From assembly GCA_028826165.1 (NCBI GenBank), contig JAPDFW010000130.1, forward strand, positions 79,638-143,637: 64,000 nucleotides of DNA. The letters run 5' to 3'. The notes beneath the pieces are model-generated. The model worked only from the letters and a program-made list of their open reading frames with translations. It ran no database searches and was not told where the DNA came from. Source of the stretch: Anaeramoeba ignava BMAN. Lineage: Eukaryota; Protista; Anaeramoebae. The position numbers and the translations under genes are program-made. Position 1 is the first letter of the stretch; every line of letters begins with the position of its first letter. Of this stretch, positions 1-10,239 are shown in pieces.

Positions 1-777
1 GCAAACAAAGATGGAAAACTCAGTTTCTACGAATATGCAGATTGGATCATGAAAACAGAATTTGAGAAAGTTGACACAAACAAAGATGGAAAAATTCAAC
101 CAGAAGAATTAAAAGCATATTTCAAACTTAGTGATGAAGCAGTTAAAGCAATTTTCGAAAAAGCCGATTTAAACAAAGATGGAGTTTTGGAAATTGATGA
201 ATATGCACATTGGAGACAATATGCCAAAATGAAGGAAGAATTTGATGCAGCTGATTTAAACAAAGATGGATTCCTTCAACCTGATGAAGTCAACAAATAC
301 TTCTCAATGGAAGATGTTACTGGAGTTTTTGATAAATATGATCTTAACAAAGATGGAAAACTTGACTACAAAGAATTCCTTAACTGGAGAACTGATGTTA
401 TTCTTAAATACTTCTTTGATATCATTGATACCAACAAAGATGGATTCCTTCAACCAGAAGAATTCAAAGCTTTCACTGGATTTGATGATGCTAAAGTCAA
501 GGGAATTTATGATGCTTATGATGTTAATAAAGATGGAAAACTTGATTTTGCTGAATACAAGACATTAAAAATGGAATTGATGGCTAAGAAATTCTTCGAC
601 AAAGTTGATACCAATAAAGATGGTTTCCTTCAACCTGAAGAAATTAAAGCTTACTTCAAACTTGATGATGCTGCAATTAAAGAAATCTTTGACAAATTTG
701 ATGAGAACAAAGATGGAAAACTTAATCTTAAAGAATACATTAAATGGACTCACAGCAAATGCGACCAAAAGAAATAA
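1..777 (+). CDS. Multi-EF-hand Ca2+-binding protein, copy 1 (5' end outside window)
   Basis: Frame is open from base 1 (ANKDGKLSFYEY...). Repeated DxNKDGxL/IxxxE loops; aligns with the full-length copies at 2207, 4126 and 10239. Confidence 0.93.
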   Translation, partial: ANKDGKLSFYEYADWIMKTEFEKVDTNKDGKIQPEELKAYFKLSDEAVKAIFEKADLNKDGVLEIDEYAHWRQYAKMKEEFDAADLNKDGFLQPDEVNKYFSMEDVTGVFDKYDLNKDGKLDYKEFLNWRTDVILKYFFDIIDTNKDGFLQPEEFKAFTGFDDAKVKGIYDAYDVNKDGKLDFAEYKTLKMELMAKKFFDKVDTNKDGFLQPEEIKAYFKLDDAAIKEIFDKFDENKDGKLNLKEYIKWTHSKCDQKK

Positions 778-984
778 GCAATTTTAATCAATTTTAATCA
801 ATTTTCTTTTTACCAATCAATTATTTTTCAATTAATCAACCATTTTCCATTTTTTTTTTTTTTAATTTCGTTCCATTTTTTTTTTTGAAAAAGAGATAAA
901 CAAACTTACCTTTTTTTTTAAAAGAGGAAACTTTTCAATTTCTTTTTATTCTTTTTATTTTTTTTAATCCAATTCAATTCAATT

Positions 985-1985
985 TAATATTTAATATTCA
1001 ATATTTTAATTCAATATTAATAATATTTTTATTTTATTTTAATTCAAATATATTTAATATTTCAATATCAATTTAATATTTCAATATTTAATTCAATATT
1101 TAATATTCAATTTAATATTCAATTTAATTATTCAATATTTAATTCAATATTTAATATTCAATATTTAATTCAATATTTAATATTCAATATTTAATTCAAT
1201 ATTTGTTCCAATTTAATATTTATTCAAATCAATATTTTCAATATTCAATTCAATATTTAATATTCAATTTATTTCAATATTCAATATTCAAATAATTATT
1301 TAATTATATTTAATATTTAATTTAATATTCATTTTTAATATTTCAATTCAATATTTAATTTAATTTTAATATTTAATATTTAATATATTTAATATTCAAT
1401 TTATTTTAATATTCAATTTATTATTTTAATTTAATATTTAATTCATTTATTTTAATATTCATTCCAATATTCAATATTTTCAATATTCAATATTTAATTC
1501 AATATTTAATATTTCAATATTTAATTCAATATTTAATATTCAATATTTTCATTTCAATTTAATATTTATATTTACCAATATTCAATTTAATATTCAATTC
1601 AAATTTCAATTTAATATTTCAATTTTAATTTATTCAATATTTATTCATTCAATATTCAATTATATTAATAAATATTCATTTCAATATTTATTTAATTCAA
1701 TATTTAATATTCAATATTTAATTCAATATTTAATTCAATATTTAATTCAATATTTAAATTCAATATTAATATTCATATTCAATTATTTTAATATTTAATA
1801 TTCAATTCAATATTTAATATTTAATATTTAATATTTAATATTCAATTCAATATTATTTAATTCAATATTTTTAATTTAATTCAATATTTAATATTCAATT
1901 TAATTCAATTTAATTCAATTTAATATTTAATATTTAATTCAATTTAATATTTAATATTTAATTCAATTCAATATTTAATATTCAA
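985..1985. repeat. Low-complexity AT satellite (aatattt/aattc units)
   Basis: Degenerate tandem units such as ttcaatatttaat with almost no G. Confidence 0.8.
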
Positions 1986-2125
1986 TTCTTTTTTTTGAAT
2001 TAATTTTCTTTTTAAATATTTTTTTGGAAAGTTTCTTTTAGATTCGCTTCTCAAAAAAATTACAAATGGAAAAATAAATTAAATAAATTTGTGTTTAAAT
2101 TTTAATAAAAAAGATCAATTCAAAA

Positions 2126-2206
2126 AAGAAGGCAAAAAAAGAATTTAAAAGCAAAAAAATAATTAAAATATTTTTTCATTTTTCTTCAAATCAAATTTAA
2201 AAGAAA
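2126..2206 (+). promoter_or_regulatory. Conserved upstream leader of the EF-hand genes (also ~4042..4125 + and ~10240..10323 -)
   Basis: Near-identical aagaaggcaaaaaaagaatttaaaagc...ttttcttcaaatcaaatttaaaagaaaATG precedes three copies. Promoter/5'UTR function is inferred; it may only reflect recent duplication. Confidence 0.55.
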
Positions 2207-3103
2207 ATGTGTGAATTCTTCAGAAATTTCAAATCAGCAGATACTAATAAAGATGGTTTCCTTCAAGCAGAAGAAATTAAAACATTTTTCAAATTAGATG
2301 ATGCAGCAGTTAAAGAAATCTTTGAGAAATTTGATGCAAACAAAGATGGAAAATTAAGTTATTATGAATACATGGATTGGATTTTGAAAACAGAATTTGA
2401 GAAAGTTGATACAAACAAAGATGGAAAAATTCAACCAGAAGAATTAAAAGCATATTTCAAACTTAGTGATGAAATGTTAAAGGTAATTTTTGCAAAAGCC
2501 GATTTAAACAAAGATGGATTTTTGGAATATGATGAATATGCATTATGGAGAAAATTATACAAACCAAGACAAGAATTTTTCGAAGCTGATTTGAATAAAG
2601 ATGGATTCCTTCAACCAGATGAAGTTAAGAAATATCACGGATTGGAAGATGTTACTGGAGTTTATGAGAAATATGATCTCAATAAGGATGGAAAACTTGA
2701 TTTCAAAGAATATCTTAATTGGAGAATTGATGTTCTTCTTGATTATTTTTATCAAATTATTGATACTGATCACGATGGAACTATTGAACCAGATGAACTC
2801 AAAGCTTATACTGGATTAGATGATGCTAAAATCAAACGTATTTTCGATGCTTATGATCATAACAAAGATGATAGAATTGATTTCGCAGAATTTAGAAGAA
2901 TGCAATTAGAAAAGTTGGTTAAACCAATGTTTGATAAAGCTGATAGTAATAAAGATGGTTTCCTTCAACCTGAAGAAATTAAAGCTTTTTTCAAACTTGA
3001 TGATGCAGCAGTTAAGGAAGTTCTTGATAAATTTGATGAAAACAAAGATGGAAAACTTAATTTAAGTGAATATCTTAAATGGAGATTAAGTCAATTCAAT
3101 TAA
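2207..3103 (+). CDS. 10-EF-hand protein, copy 2 (298 aa, intronless)
   Basis: Ten EF loops (DTNKDGFLQAEE ... DENKDGKLNLSE) arranged as five ~60-aa pairs. Confidence 0.95.
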   Translation: MCEFFRNFKSADTNKDGFLQAEEIKTFFKLDDAAVKEIFEKFDANKDGKLSYYEYMDWILKTEFEKVDTNKDGKIQPEELKAYFKLSDEMLKVIFAKADLNKDGFLEYDEYALWRKLYKPRQEFFEADLNKDGFLQPDEVKKYHGLEDVTGVYEKYDLNKDGKLDFKEYLNWRIDVLLDYFYQIIDTDHDGTIEPDELKAYTGLDDAKIKRIFDAYDHNKDDRIDFAEFRRMQLEKLVKPMFDKADSNKDGFLQPEEIKAFFKLDDAAVKEVLDKFDENKDGKLNLSEYLKWRLSQFN

Positions 3104-3345
3104 ATCAAGAAATCAATTCAATTTTTCAATTCAATTTTCAATTCATTTTTCAATTATTTTTCAATTCAATTTTCCAATTCATTTTTCAATTCATTTTTCA
3201 ATTCAATTTTTCAATTATTTTTCAATTCATTTTTCAATTCATTTTTCAATTATTTTTCAATTATTTTTCAATTCAATTTTTCAATTCATTTTTCAATTCA
3301 TTTTTCAATTCAATTTTTCAATTCAATTTTTTTTTTTTAATTTTT

Positions 3346-3895
3346 GATTTATTCCACTTTTTGATTCAATAAGAAAATAAATTATTGATTTTTGATTTTA
3401 ATTTTAATTTTTAATTTTTGATTTATTCCACTTTTTGATTCAATAAGAAAATAAATTATTGATTTTAATTTTAATTTTTAATTTTGAATTTTAATTTTGA
3501 TTTTTGATTTATTCCACTTTTTGATTCAATAAGAAAATAAATTATTGATTTTAATTTTGATTTTAATTTTAATTTTGAATTTTAATTTTTGATTTATTCC
3601 ACTTTTTGATTCAATAAGAAAATAAATTATTAATTTTAATTTTAATTTTGATTTGAATTTTAATTTTGATTTTTGATTTATTCCACTTTTTGATTCAATA
3701 AGAAAATCAATTATTGATTTTTATTTTTAATTTTTATTTTAATTTTGAATTTTAATTTTTGATTTTTGATTTATTCCACTTTTTGATTCAATAAGAAAAT
3801 AAATTATTATTTTTAATTTGTATTTTAATTTTTAATTTTGATTTTGAATTTTTAATTTATTCCACTTTTTGATTCAATAAGAAAATAAATTATTA
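3346..3895. repeat. 7-copy direct repeat, ~40-nt core with variable microsatellite spacers
   Basis: Core (g)atttattccactttttgattcaataagaaaataaattatt; attcc at ~3351, 3425, 3511, 3596, 3680, 3773, 3859 (period 74-93 nt). Confidence 0.9.
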
Positions 3896-4125
3896 ATTTT
3901 GATTTGAATTTTTATTTTGAATTTTTGATTTTTAATTGAAAAAAAAATTAACAACTCAGCAAAAAATTAAATAAAGATAAAATTAAAAATCAAAATTAAA
4001 AATAAAATTAAAATGTTTTGATCAAAAAAAAAAAAAAGGAAAAGAAGGCAAAAAAAGAATTTAAAAGCAAAAAAAAATAATAAAAAATATCATTTCATTT
4101 TTCTTCAAATCAAATTTAAAAGAAA

Positions 4126-5034
4126 ATGTCTGAATACTTCAGAAATTTCAAATCAGCAGATACTAATAAAGATGGATTCCTTCAAGCAGAAGAAATTAAA
4201 ACATTTTTCAAATTAGATGATGCAGCAGTTAAAGAAATACTTGAGAAATTTGATGCAAACAAAGATGGAAAATTAAGTTATTATGAATACTTGAATTGGC
4301 TTATGAAAACAGAATTTGAGAAAGTTGACACAAACAAAGATGGAAAAATTCAACCAGAAGAATTAAAAGCATATTTCAAACTTGATGATGAAACAGTTAA
4401 GGTAGTTTTTGAGAAAGCAGATTGGAATAAAGATGGAATTTTAGAACTTGATGAATATTCACATTGGAGACATTTCCATAAATTGAAGGAAGAATTCAAT
4501 GAAGCTGATTTAAACAAAGATGGATTCCTTCAACCAGATGAAGTTAAGAAATATCACGGATTGGAAGATGTTGCTGATATTTTTGAGAAATATGATGCTG
4601 ATAAAGATGGAAAACTTGACCGTTTTGAATACATTCATTGGAGAATGGAAGTTGTTCTTAAATACTTCTTTGATATCATTGATACTAATAAAGATGGATT
4701 CCTTCAACCTGAAGAACTCAAAGCTTTTTATGGATTTGATGATGCTAAAATTAAAGAACTTTTTGATACTTATGATGTTGATAAAGATGGAAAACTTGAT
4801 TTTACTGAATTTAAAACAATGAAAAAGGAAATGAAATCAAAGAAACTCTTTGACAAAGTTGATACTAATAAAGATGGATTTCTTCAACCTGAAGAATTGA
4901 AAGCTTTTTTCAAACTTGATGATGCTGCAATTAAAGAAATTTTTGATAAATTTGATGAAAACAAAGATGGAAAACTTGATTTGAAAGAATACATTAAATG
5001 GAGACGAAGCAGATTTGATTCAAAAAAGAAATGA
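4126..5034 (+). CDS. 10-EF-hand protein, copy 3 (302 aa)
   Basis: Ten EF loops; highly similar to copy 4. Confidence 0.95.
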   Translation: MSEYFRNFKSADTNKDGFLQAEEIKTFFKLDDAAVKEILEKFDANKDGKLSYYEYLNWLMKTEFEKVDTNKDGKIQPEELKAYFKLDDETVKVVFEKADWNKDGILELDEYSHWRHFHKLKEEFNEADLNKDGFLQPDEVKKYHGLEDVADIFEKYDADKDGKLDRFEYIHWRMEVVLKYFFDIIDTNKDGFLQPEELKAFYGFDDAKIKELFDTYDVDKDGKLDFTEFKTMKKEMKSKKLFDKVDTNKDGFLQPEELKAFFKLDDAAIKEIFDKFDENKDGKLDLKEYIKWRRSRFDSKKK

Positions 5035-5084
5035 GCAATTTTAATCAATTTTAATCAATTTTCTTTTTTTTTCAATGAATTCCA

Positions 5085-5115
<31 letters not shown>

Positions 5116-5302
5116 TTTTTTTGATTCATTTAATTTGAATCAATTTCCAAAACAATTTTAATGAATTCCATTTCAAACTTCATTTTAATTTCTTTTGTTT
5201 TTGTTTTTGTTTTGTTTTTGTTGTTTCTCTCTTTTTGGAAAATAAAAAATAAAATCATTTTTCATTTTTCATTTTTCATTTTTCTTTTCTTTTCTTTTTG
5301 TT

Positions 5303-8300
5303 ATGACTTCAAAAGGTATTGTTCAAGCTTTTGAAACTTCAGATTCTTCAGCAATTCAACAATTTTTTAAAAAAAATTCTGGAAAAATTAATGAAAAAGA
5401 TGTAAAAATAAAAAATAAAAAATCAAAATAAAAATTAAAATTTAAAATTTAAAATTAAAATTCAAAAAAAAAAAAACACAAATAGGAACCTTTTGTAAAT
5501 AAATCTTAATTTAAATCTATTATAGAAAACAAAATTTAAAAAAGATTTTTGTTTTTGTTTTTCAAATTTAATAGAAATTTACTCCTCTTCATTATGCTGT
5601 TAAATTTCATTGTACACCTCAAGTATTTTCAACACTTATTGATTTAAAAGCAAATCCAAATGAAACAAATGTTTGATTTATTTTATTATTTTTATTCAAA
5701 ATTTATTTTATTATTTTATTATTTTATTTGTTAGTCTGTAAATAATTTTAAAAGAAAAATAATATAGTTTCTAAATAATTAAAATTTAATTAAAATTTAA
5801 GAGTGTAAATTTTTTTTTTAAATTTAATTTAATTTAATTTAATTTCCATATTTATTATATTGATTAGGGAAATACCCCAATTATGTATTTGATGATGGAA
5901 AATCTTGATATTGATATTTTGAAAATCCTTCTTAAAGGAGATATTAACTTTAGTATCAAAAATGTAAAAAAAAAAATTAATAAAAATAATTCAATCCAAA
6001 AAACAAAATTTAATTTCTTATCAAAAAAAAAAAAAAAAAAAGAATGTAAAACCCTTTTTTTTCCAATAGATTTATCATTTTAAAAAAAAAAAAGATTAAA
6101 TCTTAATTTATATTTTTATTCCAAATTTCGAAAGTTTGATTATGATTATTTTGATTACATTTTCAAAATGGATTTAGAAGAAAAAGTTTTTGAATTATTT
6201 TTTGATGCAAGAACAAAAACAACTTTGGAAAATCAACCCGAATTTGTAAAATGATCCATTTTCTTTTCATTTTTACAATTAATATACATTAATCTTTTTC
6301 TTTTTTTTTTAATTTTGATTTTAATTTTAGGCTTCTTTATTAGAAAAAGCAATTAAACATGAAAGATCTGAATCAATTTTGGATTTAATTTATAAATCTC
6401 TTAAAAAACCTGCAAATGAATACAAATCTTATGTAAAAGAAAATTCATAAATATTTATATTTTTTTGGATTAATTGAAAAAATTTTTTGATTAGATTGTA
6501 AATTTTGTTTGTAATTTTTAATAATAATAATAATAATTTTATTATAATTTTATTAGGATAATACTTTATTGCATTATGCTGTTCATTATAATGCTCCAAT
6601 AAATTTCGTTAAAACTTTATTAAGTGGATTTGATCCAAATGTTCTTAATGTATAATAAAAAAAATTAATCAAAAAAAAAAAGTATTGATTAATTTAATTT
6701 CTTTTTAGAATGTAAAAAATATTAAATTCAATAAGAAAATAATTTTAATTTTTAATCTTAATCTTTAATTTTTATAGTTGGTTTGTTTATTATTTTTTAA
6801 ATAAAATATTCTTTTTGATCTAAAATTTATCATAATTTAGGATGAAACCCCTTTTCATTTTGCTGTTGCAAATGGAGCTTCACTTGAGCTTTTGAAATTG
6901 TTAATTGATGCTGGTGCTGATACTTCTCTTACAAATGTTAGAATTGGGAAAAAAAATAATTTAGGAAAGAATTTGTTTTAATATTTTTATTTTCTAATAG
7001 AAAGTAAAAAAAATTTAATTTAATTTAATTTAATTTAAATTCCAATTCTCTTATTAATTTTATTTTGAATTTTTTTTTTAGGAAGTAATTTTTTTAAAAT
7101 TAGTTTTAAAAGAAAATATCTTCTTTTAAAAATATTTTAATTAGGGTATTGGAGCAATAAGCTTTGCTATTCAAAACGATTCTGAAGAAATTGTTAAATT
7201 ACTTTATGATTCAGGAACAGAAATTAAGATTGTAATGATCATTTTCAAATGTTTTCTTTTCTTTTGAAAAAAAAATATATAAATCTAATAAAACATTTTT
7301 AATAAATAAAGAGTGACCATGAATTTATTGATTTAATCGCAAAATCAAAAATTGAAATTATCAAATTATTACTTGAACATAAAGCGAATCCAAATGGAAC
7401 AAGAGATGCTTGGGGAAAAGTAAACAAAAAAACAAAACAAAAAACAAAAAATATTTATATTTATATTTATATTTTGATTATTTATAAAATTTTTAAAGCA
7501 TCAATCACCTTTGACTCAAGCAATAACAAGAGGATATGATTTTGTAAAATTATTACTTGAAAATGGAGCAGATCCAAATTTACCAGTAATTAATATAAAA
7601 AATATATTTATAAATAAATATTTAAAATATTAATATAAATAAAAGGTTGTAAATTTTGATTGATATTAAATTTCTGTTTTTAGTTTCTTCTTTTTTTATA
7701 TATAATTTAATTATATTGATATTTTATAAATTAAGGGAGAATCATTTGCAATACATCATGCAGCAACTTCTCGTAACAAAGATATAATTTCTTTACTTTT
7801 AATTCATGGAGCTAATTCAATGTCTTTGGATGTATTTCATAAAATTAATTAATCAAAAAAGGAATAAAAATTTTTTTTTATTAATCAAAATGATAAATAA
7901 ACTAGAATGTAAAATTTAAAAAAAGAGAAAGAGAAAGAAATTTAATTTTAATTTTTATTTTTATTTTTATGTTATTAGAAAGTATTTTAAAATATTCCAA
8001 AAAAAAAACATTAAATTAATATTTCCTTTTTTAGGGAAATTCTCCGCTTTGTACTCTTTTAGAAAATCCTTATGAAATTGTTGGAGCTCTTGAAGTGCTT
8101 CTTGATTCAGGTGTTGATGTGAATCATATTAATGTAATATATATATATATATATATATAATATAAATAATATTTTTCTATTAGTTGGAAATTAATTGGAA
8201 CATTTTATATTCTTCTTTTTTACTTTTTATTTTTAATTAGAATTCTGTAAAATATTTTGATTTTAAAAGGAAATTTCCCAAAAGAAAATTAAGTAAATTC

Positions 8301-9183
8301 TTTTCTTTGTTTTTTAGGGAAAAAAACCTTTAGGTATTTTTCTATCAAGAGTACAAAGGAATATGTCACCTTCTCAAATGCAAGTTTTACATCATTTACT
8401 TAGTTATGGTGCAGATCCAGAAGATTTAACAGTATAATTTTAATTACAATTTTAATTTTCAAAACGAATTTTAAATTAAAAATGAAACTGTTTTTGTTTT
8501 TTTAGGATTTTTTAAATTATGAACCAATTAAACAAATTTATGATAAAATCACAGCACTTCCAAAATCTATTATGGGTATTTATGAAAGAAAAGAAGGATG
8601 CGATATTGAATTCCCATTTTTCGAAAAACAATATAATCTTCATAAACAATTTTTATATGCAAGAATTGGCAAAGATTTGACAGATAATTTAAAAGCAATT
8701 TTAACTGAGTTTTCTGAGAAACAAGTGGCAACTTTTATTGCATGGATTTATGGCAAATGTTTACCATCAGAAAACTATCAAGAAATGAAAGAAATGATGG
8801 TTCAATTAGGAATAAATGATTTTTATCTTCATACTGGAGCAAAAGGAGTAGGAGAAGCATTTGCCAAAATGTATGAAGATAAAGATTCAATGGATTTCAC
8901 AATCATTGTTGATGGTAAAGAAATTCTTGCTCATAAAATTATCTTGATGGCTAGAAGTGATTTATATCGAGGAATGTTTGTCAGTGTTCAGGATGATTCG
9001 AATAAAGTTAATGATTACAGTGGAAAATCTTTTGAAGCTGTTAATTCTGTTGTTAAGTTTCTTTATACTAATTTGCTTGATGAAAAATTATCAAATAAAG
9101 TTATTCAAGAATTATCTGATGCTGAAGATTATTACCAAATAATTAATTCAAATTTAAAAGAACAACTTCCAAAAAAAAAATAA
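5303..9183 (+). CDS. Ankyrin-repeat (~13 units) + tandem BTB/POZ protein, 27 exons, ~669 aa
   Basis: Manual GT-AG model. Exons: 5303-5401, 5486-5494, 5575-5670, 5735-5737, 5802-5804, 5868-5963, 6043-6045, 6135-6245, 6331-6432, 6495-6497, 6557-6649, 6709-6711, 6778-6780, 6841-6936, 7001-7003, 7082-7084, 7145-7231, 7312-7419, 7499-7585, 7646-7648, 7736-7831, 7906-7908, 7979-7981, 8035-8133, 8241-8246, 8318-8431, 8506-9183. Gives a stop-free frame with TPLHYA, TLLHYA, TPFHFA, LLLENGADPN and a C-terminal BTB (DFTIIVDGKEILAHKIILMARSDLYRGMF). Confidence 0.88.
5486..8246 (+). other. Set of 13 microexons (11 x 3 nt, 1 x 6 nt, 1 x 9 nt)
   Basis: AG-NNN-GT at 5735 (TCT), 5802 (AGT), 6043 (AAT), 6495 (ATT), 6709 (AAT), 6778 (TTG), 7001 (AAA), 7082 (GAA), 7646 (GTT), 7906 (AAT), 7979 (AAA); AATTCT at 8241; GAACCTTTT at 5486. 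They divide the inter-repeat DNA into uniform 53-107 nt introns. Confidence 0.82.
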
Positions 9184-9336
9184 TTTGGAATTTTGGATTT
9201 TTTTATTTTTTTTTTTGAAAGAAAAAGAAAAAGGAAAAGAAAAAAGAAAAAAGAAAAAAGAAAAAGAAAAAAGAAAAAAGAAAAAAGAAAAAAGTGGAAT
9301 GAATCAAAGAAAAAAGAAAAAAATTTTTTTTTTTGC

Positions 9337-10239
9337 TCATTTTTTTTCTTGGCAACTATGAGCCCATTTAATATATTCTTTCAAATCAAGTTTTCCATCT
9401 TTGTTTTCATCAAATTTATCAAAAATTTCTTTAACTACAGCATCATCAAGTTTGAAAAAGGCTTTCAATTCTTCAGGTTGAAGAAATCCATCTTTATTAG
9501 TATCTGCTTTGTCAAACACTTTCTTTGCTTGTAATTCCTTTTTCATTGCTTTGTATTCATCAAAATCAAGTTTTCCATCTTTATTAACATCATAAACATC
9601 AAAAAGTTCTTTAATTTTAGCATCATCAAATCCAGTGAAAGCTTTCATTTCTTCAGGTTGAAGGAATCCATCTTTATTAGTATCAATGATATCAAAGAAG
9701 TATTTAAGAAGTTCATCCATTCTCCAAATAGCATATTCTTTGAAATCAAGTTTTCCATCCTTATCAGCATCATATTTCTCAAAAATACCAGTAACATCTT
9801 CCAATCCGTGATATTTCTTAACTTCATCTGGTTGAAGGAATCCATCTTTATTCAAATCAGCTTCATTGAATTCTTCCTTCAATTTATGGAAATGTCTCCA
9901 ATGTGAATATTCATCAATTTCCAAAACTCCATCTTTATTCCAATCTGCTTTTGCAAAAATTGCTTTAACTGTTTCATCATCAAGTTTGAAATATGCTTTT
10001 AATTCTTCTGGTTGAATTTTTCCATCTTTGTTTGTATCAACTTTCTCAAATTCTGTTTTCAAAAGCCAATTAGAATATTCATAAAAACCCAATTTTCCAT
10101 CTTTGTTTGCATCAAATTTCTCAAGTATTTCTTTAACTGCTGCATCATCTAATTTGAAAAATGTTTTAATTTCTTCTGCTTGAAGGAATCCATCTTTATT
10201 AGTATCTGCTGATTTGAAATTTCTGAAAAATTCACACAT
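9337..10239 (-). CDS. 10-EF-hand protein, copy 4 (300 aa)
   Basis: Ten EF loops; inverted paralogue of copy 3. Confidence 0.95.
   Translation of the reverse strand: MCEFFRNFKSADTNKDGFLQAEEIKTFFKLDDAAVKEILEKFDANKDGKLGFYEYSNWLLKTEFEKVDTNKDGKIQPEELKAYFKLDDETVKAIFAKADWNKDGVLEIDEYSHWRHFHKLKEEFNEADLNKDGFLQPDEVKKYHGLEDVTGIFEKYDADKDGKLDFKEYAIWRMDELLKYFFDIIDTNKDGFLQPEEMKAFTGFDDAKIKELFDVYDVNKDGKLDFDEYKAMKKELQAKKVFDKADTNKDGFLQPEELKAFFKLDDAVVKEIFDKFDENKDGKLDLKEYIKWAHSCQEKK

Noticed and set aside
3346-3895. CRISPR-like repeat-spacer array
   Set aside because: Spacers are low-complexity gatttt/aatttt runs related to each other, there are no cas genes, and the context is eukaryotic.
5883-6083. 66-aa ORF as a standalone gene; likewise 8572..9183 as a standalone BTB gene
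   Set aside because: Both are parts of the spliced ankyrin-BTB gene: exon 6 reading into an intron, and the last exon.
266-9906. Alternative-frame and antisense ORFs overlapping the EF-hand genes (MDSFN..., MKESIF...)
   Set aside because: They recur only because the underlying repeats are paralogous; no independent coding signal.
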